Part shown: in pieces, positions 52,680 to 64,000 of the stretch
Position numbering within the stretch: position 1 is the first letter of the stretch
Layout of the letters: each line of letters opens with the position of its first letter
Translations under genes and position numbers: made by a program
Source of the DNA: Candidatus Bathyarchaeota archaeon
Lineage (GTDB): Archaea > Thermoproteota > Bathyarchaeia > Bathyarchaeales > DTEX01
DNA: 64,000 nucleotides
Direction of reading: 5' to 3'
Assembly (NCBI GenBank): GCA_963714275.1
Contig: CAVQNT010000002.1
Span: 448,001 to 512,000 of the forward strand
The notes under the pieces: generated by a model
What the model was told of the DNA's origin: nothing
Database searches by the model: none
Seen by the model: the letters and a program-made list of their open reading frames with translations, nothing else

Positions 52680-53579
52680 TTACGATACTCCTTCAGTCAT
52701 TCCTATTTTTATGAAAGGCGGGCTGGTCCTATTAATCTTTTCATGAACGTTTATGTCGAGGACGACTTGGAACCATCTTGGACCAACGGGTCGAACAATC
52801 CTTCCGAACGTGTACTCGAAGTTAACGTTCGCGTCTCTTAGTTTTTCTGAGACTTTCTTCTCAACTTCCTTGACAGGATCTACGCCTTTTTCAGCATGGA
52901 CAAAATCGTAGTAGTGAATTTTTCCTCCAGTTGGTTTTAAAGCTGTTAATGCATAATCGAGGTATTCGAAGGCTTTTTCGGGTAATGGCATAAGTACTCT
53001 GTCAGCAATATTCAGTAATCTTTTTATGACGATTTCTTTTGCGTCTCCCTCAACCGCCTCAATGATGTACCTTGCTTTGTTCAGCCTAATGTTTTCCTCC
53101 ATGAATCTGATTGCGTCTGGATTCATATCAACTGAATACACTTTCAGAGGATTCGCAAGTTTAGCGATGAGAATGGAGAAGCAGCCCACGCCTGCGAACA
53201 TGTTAACAACCACTTCGCCAGTCATGACCTGTTTGGCTACTCTCATTCTCTCGAAAGAAAGCCTTGGTGAAAAGTAACACTTTTCCAGATCAACCTTGAA
53301 AAGGCAACCAAACTCTCTGTGAACGGTTTCAGTTTTCTTTTCGCCCGCAAGCCACTCAAGCCTTCTTAGACGAAGCTCACCCGCAACTGGACCTGTTTGA
53401 CGCACGATGGTTTTAACATGTGGATTACTTTGCAGTACTACAGCGATTTCTTTGGCTTTATGTTCCATTGTTTCTGAGATTCTGACGACTGCAATGTCTC
53501 CAATGATGTCGTACGATTTACTGATGTTCTTTAGTTCCCAAGGTTCAAAAATTTCGCCAAGTCTCTTCTTTAGGCTCAT
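52680..53579 (-). CDS. Trm5/Tyw2-family SAM-dependent tRNA modification enzyme
   Basis: YDIIGDIA, YFSPRLSFER, MFAGVG, DRVLMPLP. Confidence 0.85.
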   Translation of the reverse strand: MSLKKRLGEIFEPWELKNISKSYDIIGDIAVVRISETMEHKAKEIAVVLQSNPHVKTIVRQTGPVAGELRLRRLEWLAGEKKTETVHREFGCLFKVDLEKCYFSPRLSFERMRVAKQVMTGEVVVNMFAGVGCFSILIAKLANPLKVYSVDMNPDAIRFMEENIRLNKARYIIEAVEGDAKEIVIKRLLNIADRVLMPLPEKAFEYLDYALTALKPTGGKIHYYDFVHAEKGVDPVKEVEKKVSEKLRDANVNFEYTFGRIVRPVGPRWFQVVLDINVHEKINRTSPPFIKIGMTEGVS

Positions 53580-53585
53580 GCGGAC

Positions 53586-55080
53586 TTAGGCACTCTCGTG
53601 AGGTTTAATTATTTTCGGAAGTTCCTTGATTGCGTCTTTAATGACAGACTCTGCTTTCCGAATCGATGATTGCGAGTATAATGAAATATACGCATCCTCC
53701 AATCAAGGTTAAAGCCACAGTAACAGTTAACCTTGTTGGATGTGGAAGAACGTACAACAACAAAGCCATCACAGCTGCTGCCCCAATGAACTTTATTATG
53801 TGGTTCAGAGGCATCTGGAAGTGAAGGCTCTTCTTAGCAATTATGTAACGAACTACGACTAGCCCTAAGTCTATTGTAAGGACAATTGAGGCAATAAAAA
53901 GGGCAGAGTCAACAGCTGTTATCGCCACATAACTTAAAACATAATACGCAAGAGGCAAAGCGATTGCAGCTTGAAAATATGGCAAGGTCAAAAAAAGGAA
54001 CAGTTTACTCCTAATCATCTTTTTCCATGGAATTTTAGCCTCAGCGTCCAGTTTCTCTACGCCAGACACAACAGCACCAAAAATTGATGAAAAACATAAG
54101 GCTAACATGTCGATTGAAAGCAAAGTAAGAATCGGTCTTGCAACACTGTATTCAAGGTTAAGAATTGTCAAATATGAGTCAGCCATAACCACAGCGCCAA
54201 ACGCCATCGGTATTGCGAACATCAAAACCAACTTCAAAGATGATGTTATGTCTTCAGGCTGGTTTTTGGACAAAAGACTCGGGTAAAGCGCATACCCAAT
54301 TAATGCAGAATAACCCACTATTCCAGCAATAGTTAAGGCTGCCCCATAATAACCTCTAGCCAACTTTCCCCCATAAATAAAAAGAAGAAGAAGAATTGAA
54401 TCAGCCAAACGTTGACCGACTAAGCCATACAGTGTGAACGGAGAAGCCTTAACCCATTCCTTGACATAATTCCATTTAACGTTCTCACGAAGCTTAGGCA
54501 ACATTGTTTTGAAATAAAAGATAAGCTGAATGATAGTTGCCAATATAACAGCAATGACCGCTCCAATTAGTCCCAACCCAAACCATATTATCGAAGCGTA
54601 ACCTATGCACACTTTGGATATTTCAAAAATCATGAAACCGAACCCGAGAGCCTGAGGCTTTTTTGCCTGCAATGAAGCTTCTAAAGCAGACAGAAGGTAA
54701 ATTTCAATTATTTGAACACTGATTAGCAAGTAAACGATTATGAACTCCGCACTTACCTGAAATAATGGTAATGCCATAGGCAAAATCAGCAAATAAAGCA
54801 AAGCAAATGGAACAGAAATTATAATATTAGAAAATAATACAGTCACTGAAGAGCCAGCATGATTTCTTGCCACAAATCTTGTTGCCCAAAAAGGGAAAAT
54901 GCTTGATGCCAGAGTGAAATATGTAAGGACATCGGAAATGTTGCCATAAACACCGAATGTTTCAGCTGTGATGCTGCGTGCAACCATCAACGTGAAGATG
55001 AGACCGGTCCCTATACTGAGCATCCGTGCAAGAAAAATTATTAATCCCGAGTATCTAAGTCGGACTTCACCGTTAACCAT
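53586..55080 (-). CDS. Oligosaccharide flippase (Wzx/MOP family)
   Basis: Many predicted TM helices, in glycosylation locus; 3' end frameshifted. Confidence 0.7.
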
Positions 55081-55144
55081 ATAATTCACAAATATGATTT
55101 ATTCGTTAATTTAAAAAGGTAACAACAGACTGACTGGTTACTAT

Positions 55145-56020
55145 TTGTCGCATAGAGGTTGGAAGCTTTTGGCGAAAGAAAACGTGCTTGTCATTGGCTT
55201 AGGTGAAGTAGGACGCCCATTATATGAGCTGCTAAAAGAAAACCCAAGCTTCAATGTTTTTGGCTTGGACCTAAACAAAGAGAAGATGCACGACATCGGG
55301 CATCATAAATCAGACCTCCCCTCCGAAATTGAGGTTATGCATGTTTGCATTCCATGTTCTGATAAAACAAAATTCGTGAACACCGTTGTTGATTATGTAT
55401 ATCGTTTCAACCCAAAGCTTGTGATTATCAACAGTACAGTCGAACTTGGAGTCACATTAGATGTTTACAAGCGTTGCGGAAATTACCTTGTCGCGCATTC
55501 GCCTGTTCGCGGAGTGCACAAAAGCACTGATTACATGAAAAAGGAGCTTAAACGATGGACAAAATACATTGGCGGAGCCACTCCCGAAGCTGCTGAGCAC
55601 GCTAAGAAGCATTTTGAAAAATTATGTTTCAAGACCAAAGTCTTGAAGAGCTGTGTCGAAACTGAGATAGCGAAACTTTTTGAAACCACATACCGTGCTT
55701 GGATGATTGCCTGTTTTCAAGAAATGCACCGGATCAGTAGGCACATTGGTGCAAGCTTCGACGATGTGGTTGATTTTATTGAGGACACGCACCGTGTAAG
55801 GCTTGATAGACCAGTGATGTTTCCTGGAGTCATAGGCGGACATTGCCAAATCCCAAACACTGAGCTCCTCATGAAAACCTATGATTCAAAATTTCTGGAA
55901 ATGATTCTAGAGTCCAACGAAAAACGTAAAGAAGAGGTAAAGGATCCAAAAATCGTTGAAGAGGTCGAAAAAATCAAAAAAAGAGTTAAGGCTCACGAAA
56001 ATCAAACACTCGCTCCATAA
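55145..56020 (+). CDS. Short UDP-glucose/GDP-mannose dehydrogenase-like protein
   Basis: GLGEVG, INST, HSPVRG, EIAKLFET, IGGHC; lacks the C-terminal nucleotide-sugar-binding domain. Confidence 0.8.
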   Translation: MSHRGWKLLAKENVLVIGLGEVGRPLYELLKENPSFNVFGLDLNKEKMHDIGHHKSDLPSEIEVMHVCIPCSDKTKFVNTVVDYVYRFNPKLVIINSTVELGVTLDVYKRCGNYLVAHSPVRGVHKSTDYMKKELKRWTKYIGGATPEAAEHAKKHFEKLCFKTKVLKSCVETEIAKLFETTYRAWMIACFQEMHRISRHIGASFDDVVDFIEDTHRVRLDRPVMFPGVIGGHCQIPNTELLMKTYDSKFLEMILESNEKRKEEVKDPKIVEEVEKIKKRVKAHENQTLAP

Positions 56021-56107
56021 ACCAGTAAAATTTTATTAGGGAAACCATAAGCTGAAATATAAACGGTATCGGTATGTATCACAGAAAAATCAGCACGAGA
56101 GTATAGA

Positions 56108-58368
56108 ATGTGTCGAAGGCACTCGAAAGCTATTTCGAAATTGAAAAAAATTCCGTCTTTACGACCAAAATTTACGCATTCTAAGTTACTAAAAAGTACG
56201 TTGATGGTTCTTATTCTCGCAATAGCGTTCTTGGTTAGACTATTGCCTGTTAGGTGGGGATACTACCTAAACGAGTTCGACCCATATTACCAGTTCAGGC
56301 AGACAGAATATATCGTCAAAAACGGTTTACTTGGGGCGAATGGTTGGATTTCGTGGCACGACTATCTAAGCTGGTACCCGTGGGGGAACGTAATACGCTA
56401 CGCCTCGTACCCGGGTCTGGCGATATTAGCAGCAACGTCGTTCATGGCACTAAACACGTTGGGATTTCCGTTCACTTCCTTTCCTACGCTTGATCCTTTG
56501 CTTTCGGATCCCATTTACGTTTTCTGCGTCATCTTCCCAGTTTTAATGGCAACATTGGCATCTCTGGCAATATACTTTCTCGGAAAAGACCTTGGAGGCG
56601 AACCAGTTGGGATGTTTGCTGCCTTATTTCTAGCGTTGGATTCGTCGTACATTAGCCGAACGGCACTTGGGTTCTTTGATGATGAAAGTGTCGGAATTTT
56701 AAGTCTTGATTCTTTTCTGTCTCTTTTTCTTAAGGTCTATAGAAAAAGAAAAACCATCGAAAATAAGACTATTATATGCAATTGCTGCTGGTTTCACATT
56801 AGCCTACCTCAGCGGTTCGTGGGGTGCAGCTCGGTATCCAATTGTAATGACTGCCCTGTTCGCCTTATGTCTGTTAATGATTGGAAGATACTCAACACGC
56901 CTGTTTATGTCGTATTTAACCGTCTTCGCCATAGCTCTCCCAATTGCCGCTTACGTTCCCCGCCTTGGCACCTCGTTCATAATGGGAACAGAAGTTTTAC
57001 CCGTTTATGGAGTCCTCTTCCTCCTTTGTATTGCCGAAATTAAACAGCGATTAAAGACAAGAAAAATATTTTATTATTTGAGTTTAACCTGCCTTTTTGT
57101 TATTTTATTTGCCTTCCTTTGGGAAAAAGGATTTATTAGTTCAATTGGAACAAAGTTTTTGGCGGTTCTCAATCCATTCTCTCGGTTTCGAGAGCACTAT
57201 CTTTGAGTCCGTCGCTGAGCATAGACCTTCAGCTTGGGGAACCTTCTATTATAACTGGGGAGTAGGCACATTCTTTTTGCCAGTTGGCCTTTTCTTTGCC
57301 ATAATATCCGCGACTGACGTATGTATTTTCATGGTGATCTTTGGGTTAACATCAATGTATTTTGCAAGTTCACTTATCCGAATAACTGTCATGGTATCAC
57401 CAATTATTAGTCTGCTTTGGGCTTTAGCCTTAGTGCGCTTAATGAAGCCTTTCATCTTGTTTTTTAAGGAGCCTTCAGACGCAAGTAAGCGGAAGACGCG
57501 GTTCAGGGGCGTCATCGGGAAAGAGACAGCTGCTGGAATCATTATACTAATGTTTGTCCTACTCAATTTGACATATGTTATTGGCACTGATTTTATGGTT
57601 TCTCCAACATCCAGAGTAGGACCGAGGGTTTTTAGTCAGGCTTATACGCCTACGACAATTGCTGCTGCTGGTATGTCAGTAGGGCAAGTATCAGCCACAG
57701 TCAGAGATTGGCTTAACGCGTTATCGTGGATGCGTGAGAATCTACCTCCTTCGCCAGAAAGTCCAGGAATGAATGGTACAGTAATTGCTAGCTGGTGGGA
57801 TTACGGATACTGGATAACGACGATCGCAAACAGGACATCTTTAGCGGACAACGGTTCATGGAACTTGACGCAGATCCAGCAGATTGGGCTTATGTTCATG
57901 TCAAACGAAACTGAGGCGATTAACATACTTAGGAAATACAATGCTACCCACGTCGTGGTTTTCGTAACTTTTGCAGTTCAAACCGATTCGAGTACCGGAT
58001 ATCAATATCCAGTATTTGCTCAATTAGGAGGCGACAACGCGAAGTGGCAGTGGATGGCCAGAATCCCGGGGCTTGATGACACGTCCTTTGGTAACTACAC
58101 GCTTGGAGCAGATTACCTGGATCTTAATAATGATGGATATTATGATTCGGGTGATTCTTACATCGCCAATGCAAAAGGTCAAAATTCGACACTTTTCAAA
58201 CTTATGCAATACGGAATGCAGATGACTTATTATTCAGATTCAAATGTTAATTTACAATATTTTCAAGAAGCCTACTTTTCTCAGAAACAGGGTTCTCCGA
58301 GTCCAGCTTCAGGAACTCACTATTATCCTCTGGTGTGCGTTTATAAGGTCAAATATCCAACAGATTAG
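56108..58368 (+). CDS. aglB: Oligosaccharyltransferase AglB/STT3 (split by two indels)
   Basis: EFDPYY, GFFDDE, SVAEH, WWDYG, DNGSWN. Confidence 0.9.
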
Positions 58369-58423
58369 TAATAACCATAAAACCAAAAGTTTAACATGAA
58401 ACATAAAAAGAGGGTTTAAGTGT

Positions 58424-59573
58424 TTGATTGATAATGAAGCCATTAGGAATATTTTGACATTACGCTATGATCCGCATGGTCCCACTTCCCTTCCAAAACT
58501 GAGTTGGGAAGACTTTATTGAATATAACGGAATAGACTCAACTTATACCAAGCCTCTTAGAAGGAGCCATAAGAAAAACAGTTCAAACTTATGCTCCACG
58601 CAGGATTGGTGTAGGTATAAGCGGAGGAGTGGACAGCACAACTGTTCTTTCACTTCTAAGAAAATGTTTCCCAAATCAAGAGATCAATACATACTGCATT
58701 ACTTTTGGTAACGACGATCAAGAAGCGAAGGACGCAGAATATGTTGCTGAGATTTACTCAACTAACCACAAGCATATTAAAATAGAAAACCCTTTCGCGG
58801 ACTTAGGTAAACAGATCGGCATTACAAACGAACCACGTTGGAACCTTTACCCCTACTACCTATTTGCGGAGGCGTCTAAAAGTTGCGATATTCTTCTCAC
58901 AGGAGATGGCGGAGATGAGCTGTTTGGAGGATACGTCTTCAGATATGGGTATGTTTTACGAAACAAGACTGAGCCTCTTGTACAAAGATACCTTGAAGCC
59001 CATAATCGAGATTGGGTTGAGGACCAGACTGAACTTTTCGCTTTTTCATTCAGTTGGAACGATGTCCATAATCTTCTAAAATCATATTTCGATAATCCCC
59101 TTCCCCTTTTAGGAAAAATTTTCCTTGCGGATTATAATGGGAAGCTTCTTTATGATTTTGCCAAAACAAACATCGCGTTCTCAGAGTTCTTTGGTCTAAA
59201 AGTAGTGGCTCCCATGCTTGAACCTGAGGTGCTTCATGTAGCAACACATATACCATACAATTTAAAGTATGATGAAAAAAACAACATTGGGAAAGTAATT
59301 CTCAGACAAATTTTGCTTGAAAACACTGGCTACAGACCTGCTACAAAAGCTAAAATTGGGTGGGGGATGGACATATCTTGGATGTGGGACAAATACGTCA
59401 AGGATATGTGCATGGAACTGTTTGATTCTGCACGGTTCATCAAACTTGGGATTGTCAACAAAAATTGGGTTCCCAAGGGTCTCAGAAAAGCAGATGAGCA
59501 TGACCCACGCTATATCAACAAGATGTTGGGTCTACTAGCACTTGAGCTGTGGCTCAAAGTGAAGGGTTTATGA
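58424..59573 (+). CDS. Asparagine synthase C-terminal domain protein (glycan amidation candidate), frameshifted
   Basis: GISGGVDS, TGDGGDELFGGY, GKVILR. Confidence 0.75.
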
Positions 59574-60392
59574 AGAGGGAGCTTAAAGTTGCTGTTCTAA
59601 TCCCTTGCAGAGACGGAGAATTAACCCTTCGAGTCACAATTGAAAGCCTTCTGAACCAAACAGTGAAAACTTTCATCGCAGTGGCTGACGACGCAAGCGT
59701 AGATGATACGCCCAAAATACTAAAAGAACAATGTGAAACTGGTAGAGTTCATTCAGTAAGGTACCCTAGACGTGAACTCAGAAACTATGCCAAGGTTCCT
59801 GTTCTGCTTAATATGTTACTGGGTGTGCTTTCCCCAGCGGATTTCTATATGATAAGTGGCGACGACTGCATTTACCCGCCTGAATACCTTAGTAAACTAA
59901 TATCATTCATGCGTAATGATAATGTTGACCTCAGCTTCTGGCTGTCACGATGTCAAGAATTATAGGCATTTAACCTTACCTAGTGGAAGTGGCCGTCTTG
60001 TTACTGCAACGTTATTTAGAAGAATAACGCCGTTGCCTATCAGCATAGGGTGGGAAAGCTGGATGATCTATAAGGCTCAGTCTCTAGGAAGGAAGGTTGC
60101 GGTGTATCCTGTCGAATTCGAACACAGACGAGAATATTCTTTTGGAAGCACGTGGACTTTCGGTTATAGCGCATACGTAAATGGTGTTCCATTCATTTTC
60201 ACTGTATTTCGGGCTATGAAATCCCTATTTACAGGTCTCCATACGCCAGTTAACGCCGTTTCTATCCCTCTTGGCCAATTAGAATACATGGTGAAAGGAG
60301 CTGAGAAGCTTGACTGCGCACCTTTCGTTAACAGCATGTATAAGTGGAGAATAAAGCAATCCATTACAGGAGTCTTACATGGTCGACATTAA
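59570..60392 (+). CDS. Glycosyltransferase family 2 (frameshift near 59930)
   Basis: VLIPCRD, DDASVD, GDD, GSGRL, GWES. Confidence 0.8.
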
Positions 60393-61565
60393 GGACTTGA
60401 AGATACACTCACTTTGGCAATCTAGACTAACGACGCCTTCCCAATTGTTCAGGCTCTCAGAGATCGTCAAATCGATGCTGATTTATACGTATACCGTCCA
60501 GCACATGTTTGCAGTTTACCCCAGTGGGAAATGTGCGATTTAGACATCAACGACATAGGAGACCCGTACAACCCAAATTGGGAAGCCCTAAACAAATTTT
60601 TTGTTCAACCTTCATGGATGCACGTTCTCAATTTCCGTCAAGGCATTATCTCGAAGCCTCTAAGGCTGTGGCAAATCATCCGTGCATTTAGGAAGTATGA
60701 CCTTATAATTGCGCATGTTCCCTTCTCCATATACGCGCAGTTTTCGTTTAAACCATACATTTCTTTCGATGCTGGGGCGATACGTTATTTTGAGGCAAAT
60801 GATTTTCGTACGAAGCTTTTCAAACGGGGGTATTCGAAGGCAAACGCAATTATTTTAACAAATCCTGACACTATGGACTTGTTCGATAAGTACGGTTTTA
60901 AATATCATTTCGTTCCTTTCTTAATAGACACTTCAAGATATAAATATCAAAAACCCAACGAAAGTTTACCATATGAGTACATCTTCTTTATGCCTTCAAG
61001 ACAACAATGGAAAGAGAAGGGAAACAACCTATTCGTAGAGGCCTTTGCACAATTTCACAAAGAACATAGAGATTCTGTTCTGGCAATGGCTGATTGGGGT
61101 ACGAATCTTAATGAAACTAAAGCCCTTGTTGAAAAACTAAACATTGGTAAGTCGGTCATGTGGTTACCGTTAATGTCGAAACCGAGACTTATTAAATGGT
61201 ACAATCTCTCCACAGCTATAGCAGACCAGTTTATATTAGGTTCATATGGTACAACAGCTCCTGAGGCAATGGCGTGTGAGAAACCAGTTATGATTTACCT
61301 CTCTGAAAAACATAATCTGAAGGCGTTCGGCGAATTCCCACCTGTGCTAAATATTATAGAAAAAGATGATATTTTAAAATACCTGTTCATGTGTACAGAT
61401 TCTACGTTTAGAAGTCGCATGGGTCAACTTTCAAGAGAATGGGTTGAAAAGCACCATAGCCCCGAGATTGTAATAAATTCCCATATCTCGATTGCGTTGA
61501 AAGTCATTGAGGATCTGAAAAGAACTAAGCAGCGACAAAAAGGATTAGTTATTGAAAAAGGCTGA
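60379..61565 (+). CDS. Glycosyltransferase family 4 (frameshifted 5' part)
   Basis: EKG, DQFILGSYGTTAPEAMACEKPV. Confidence 0.8.
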
Positions 61566-62370
61566 TGTATTCATGAGTCGAAGCAATATTAAAGCAGCGG
61601 AATCGAAAGTTTTGGATACAAGAGGAAGTTTTGATTACCAATGGAAAAACATTCCAGAAGGAGCATATCTTCTGTCCGATGCTGTATTCAGGGAAAATGT
61701 TGATAAAATCCTTTTAGATGAGTTGGATGTGTCTCAAGAATTTCTGAAAGATTTGTTAGTCGTAGACGCGGGATGTGGAAATGGCCGATGGACGTATGGT
61801 TTATTGAAGCTTGGTTGCAAAGTAGTCGCTTTCGATTTTACAATATCTGGCTGTAAGGAAACAAAAAATAATACAAAGCAGTTTGATACTGTTGACGTTA
61901 TTCTTGCTGACATCCTTCATACGCCATTAAAAGAAAACCTATTTGATATCGTTTTTTGTTGGGGAGTCTTGCACCATACGGGGAACATAAAATTGGCTTT
62001 CCAAAATGTGGCTGGTATTGTAAGACACGATGGTCTTTTACATATTTACGTTTATGGACCTAAGGGCGTGAGAATCAGGATATGGCGGAAAATTCTTTCT
62101 CAGTTTTCGTACAGCAATAGGCTTGCATTGATAAAAGCTTTAACACCAATAACTAACAGGTTTTCGAAATTAAGGGTAATAATTCCTTTCTCATCTTCGA
62201 TTCATGGGTCATTTGATGCTTATTCTCCTAGTATAAACGTCGAAAGCTCAAAAGAATATATTATCTCATTATTCGAAGAGAACGGTTTCAAATCTATCAG
62301 AAAGCTTAATCCAAGATGGTGCAACGCTGCATTATCTTCTGATATTCATATGCAAGGTGAGAAAAAATGA
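61552..62370 (+). CDS. Class I SAM-dependent methyltransferase
   Basis: VDAGCGNGR, FDIVFCWGVLHH. Confidence 0.85.
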   Translation: MKKADVFMSRSNIKAAESKVLDTRGSFDYQWKNIPEGAYLLSDAVFRENVDKILLDELDVSQEFLKDLLVVDAGCGNGRWTYGLLKLGCKVVAFDFTISGCKETKNNTKQFDTVDVILADILHTPLKENLFDIVFCWGVLHHTGNIKLAFQNVAGIVRHDGLLHIYVYGPKGVRIRIWRKILSQFSYSNRLALIKALTPITNRFSKLRVIIPFSSSIHGSFDAYSPSINVESSKEYIISLFEENGFKSIRKLNPRWCNAALSSDIHMQGEKK

Positions 62371-63272
62371 AGAGAATCTTCGTAACAGGTGGAGCTGGTT
62401 TCATAGGCAGTCATCTAGTCGAAGAACTTGTGAAACTCGGTCATGATGTCACAGTGGTTGATAGCCTAAGCAACGGAAAATTGCAAAACCTTGACGCTGT
62501 GAAGGATAAATTGAACTTTCAGAAAAATGATGTGTCCAAACTTCCATCATTTCAAGATGACTTTGATGTAATCTATCATCTTGCATGTTTTCCAAGAAGT
62601 CAGAGTTTCGCAAATCCGAAAAGAGATGTTGAGGTAAACGTCATCGGCATGGTAAATATTCTTGAATTGGCAAAGAAAAATAAGGCTAAGGTCATATTTA
62701 GTCCAACTCCGGCATATATGACACCTCAAAAATTCCAATAGATGAAAACACTCCTGACAACCCGAAGACACCTTACGATTTGGATAAGCTTCAGGCTGAA
62801 AACTATTTGAAACTCTATAACAAAACATACGGGATTAAATATGTCGTTTTCCGTTTTGCTACAGTCTATGGAACAAGACAAAAGGTTTCACCAGAATGGA
62901 AGCCTATTGTCATGGAGTTCGTTACAAAGTTAAAGAATAAAGAGACACCAACAATATATTGGGATGGCGAGCAAACAAGAGACTTCATCAACGTAAAAGA
63001 CATAGTAAAAGCCCTAATTCTGGCAATAAAAAACAAGAAAGCTGTGAACGAAACCATGATTCTCGGTTCAGGGAAGGAAACGAGTATAAACGAGCCTATA
63101 CGGTATCGTATCAAGATTAATGGATGTTACAATTACACCCATTCGTAAACCAATGCAACTTGGAGATATTAAACGAATGCTGTACGACTGCAAAAAGGCT
63201 CAGAAAATTTTAGGATGGAAACCTGAAATCGCACTTGAAGAAGGCATAACTGAAATTATAAATCAGATTTGA
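62367..63272 (+). CDS. NAD-dependent epimerase/dehydratase (frameshifted twice)
   Basis: TGGAGFIG, YxxxK (PYDLDK), DGEQTRDF, LGWKP. Confidence 0.85.
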
Positions 63273-63367
63273 AAACTAATTCTAAGCAATTATGCCACCT
63301 AGTTTAAATACTCCTTCATTCTTCCTTAGGAAAAATATAGGTTAAGTCTGTGAATGGTGTTTTGGTC

Positions 63368-63547
63368 ATGGAAGTGAAAAAGGTGACTGAGCCTGAACAG
63401 AAGTCTGGGATTCTTTACCAGTGCATGAAGTGTGGCGCCATGGTCAGGTCTACTGATCTTGAGCTCGGTATAAGGTGCCCCTTCTGCCGCTACCGTGTGC
63501 TCATGAAGGTTAGACCACCTATTGTAAAGCGGATTAAGGCTCGTTAA
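63368..63547 (+). CDS. rpoP: RNA polymerase subunit P (Rpo12)
   Basis: YQCMKCG...IRCPFCRYRVLMKVR...IKAR. Confidence 0.9.
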   Translation: MEVKKVTEPEQKSGILYQCMKCGAMVRSTDLELGIRCPFCRYRVLMKVRPPIVKRIKAR

Positions 63548-63698
63548 CTGATAATTCGTTGGACTTCTATTATATTAGGACTGAACCCTTGAATGTTGAT
63601 TGTGACAGTTTTGGGTCTAGGCTATTTCAAGCCTTGTTTGGATTTATAGCTTTAAATGAAAGAACTGTTTCAGTGAGCAATGATGGAACGGAATTGAA

Positions 63699-64000
63699 AT
63701 GGCAGATTACAAAATCAAGAACATAGATTTGGCAAAAGACGGCGTCCTTCTCATCGAGTGGGCTTCAAAACACATGCCTGCGTTGAGCCAGATAAGGCAA
63801 AGGTTCGAGAAGGAAAAACCACTCAAAGGCTTAATGATCGGCGCATGCCTTCACGTAACCAAGGAGACGGCAGTCTTAGTTGAGGCTTTGAAGGCAGGCG
63901 GAGCCAAAGTTGCGCTCTGTGGGTCTAATCCACTTTCAACCCAAGACGAGGTTGCAGCTGCCCAGGCAAAAAGCGGAATAAGCGTTTACGCTTGGCGGGG
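63699..64000 (+). CDS. ahcY: S-adenosylhomocysteinase, 3'-partial
   Basis: [28 protein letters not shown]. Confidence 0.92.
   Translation, partial: MADYKIKNIDLAKDGVLLIEWASKHMPALSQIRQRFEKEKPLKGLMIGACLHVTKETAVLVEALKAGGAKVALCGSNPLSTQDEVAAAQAKSGISVYAWR

Overview
Archaeal chromosomal window, most likely TACK/Bathyarchaeia (inferred from RpoP, AglB, crenarchaeal-type PolB, EndoQ and a stand-alone EF-2 paralogue). Many conserved genes (polB, aglB, endoQ, mobB and others) are split by 1-bp indels, which points to uncorrected long-read errors rather than biology. Positions 1-32.5 kb are mixed housekeeping and metabolic genes. 32.5-36.3 kb is an AT-rich accessory patch, 36.4-46.7 kb a cluster of four ABC exporters with PadR next to tRNA-Leu(GAG), and 47.6-63.3 kb an N-glycosylation/nucleotide-sugar locus followed by rpoP and ahcY. 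The main find is in the accessory patch and is invisible to the ORF track: two tail-to-tail modules with the same layout. Each has a ~110-bp remnant encoding ...QTIETLINEEALLFAKFLRxERExWxPRI, which I recognise as the C-terminus of bathyarchaeal solo Cas1 (needs a search to confirm). An unrelated cargo gene follows (a glycoprotein-like membrane protein, or a PD-(D/E)XK nuclease), then a shared TTTGTGCGTGT...GAGAGAGT end motif. The modules meet at a palindrome and a (TTTGGG)4 tract. Other candidates are a riboswitch-like leader before queT, operator arrays for an RHH protein and PadR, an aEF-2 paralogue with an altered G2 motif, and a Cys-less/truncated pair of nucleotide-sugar dehydrogenases.
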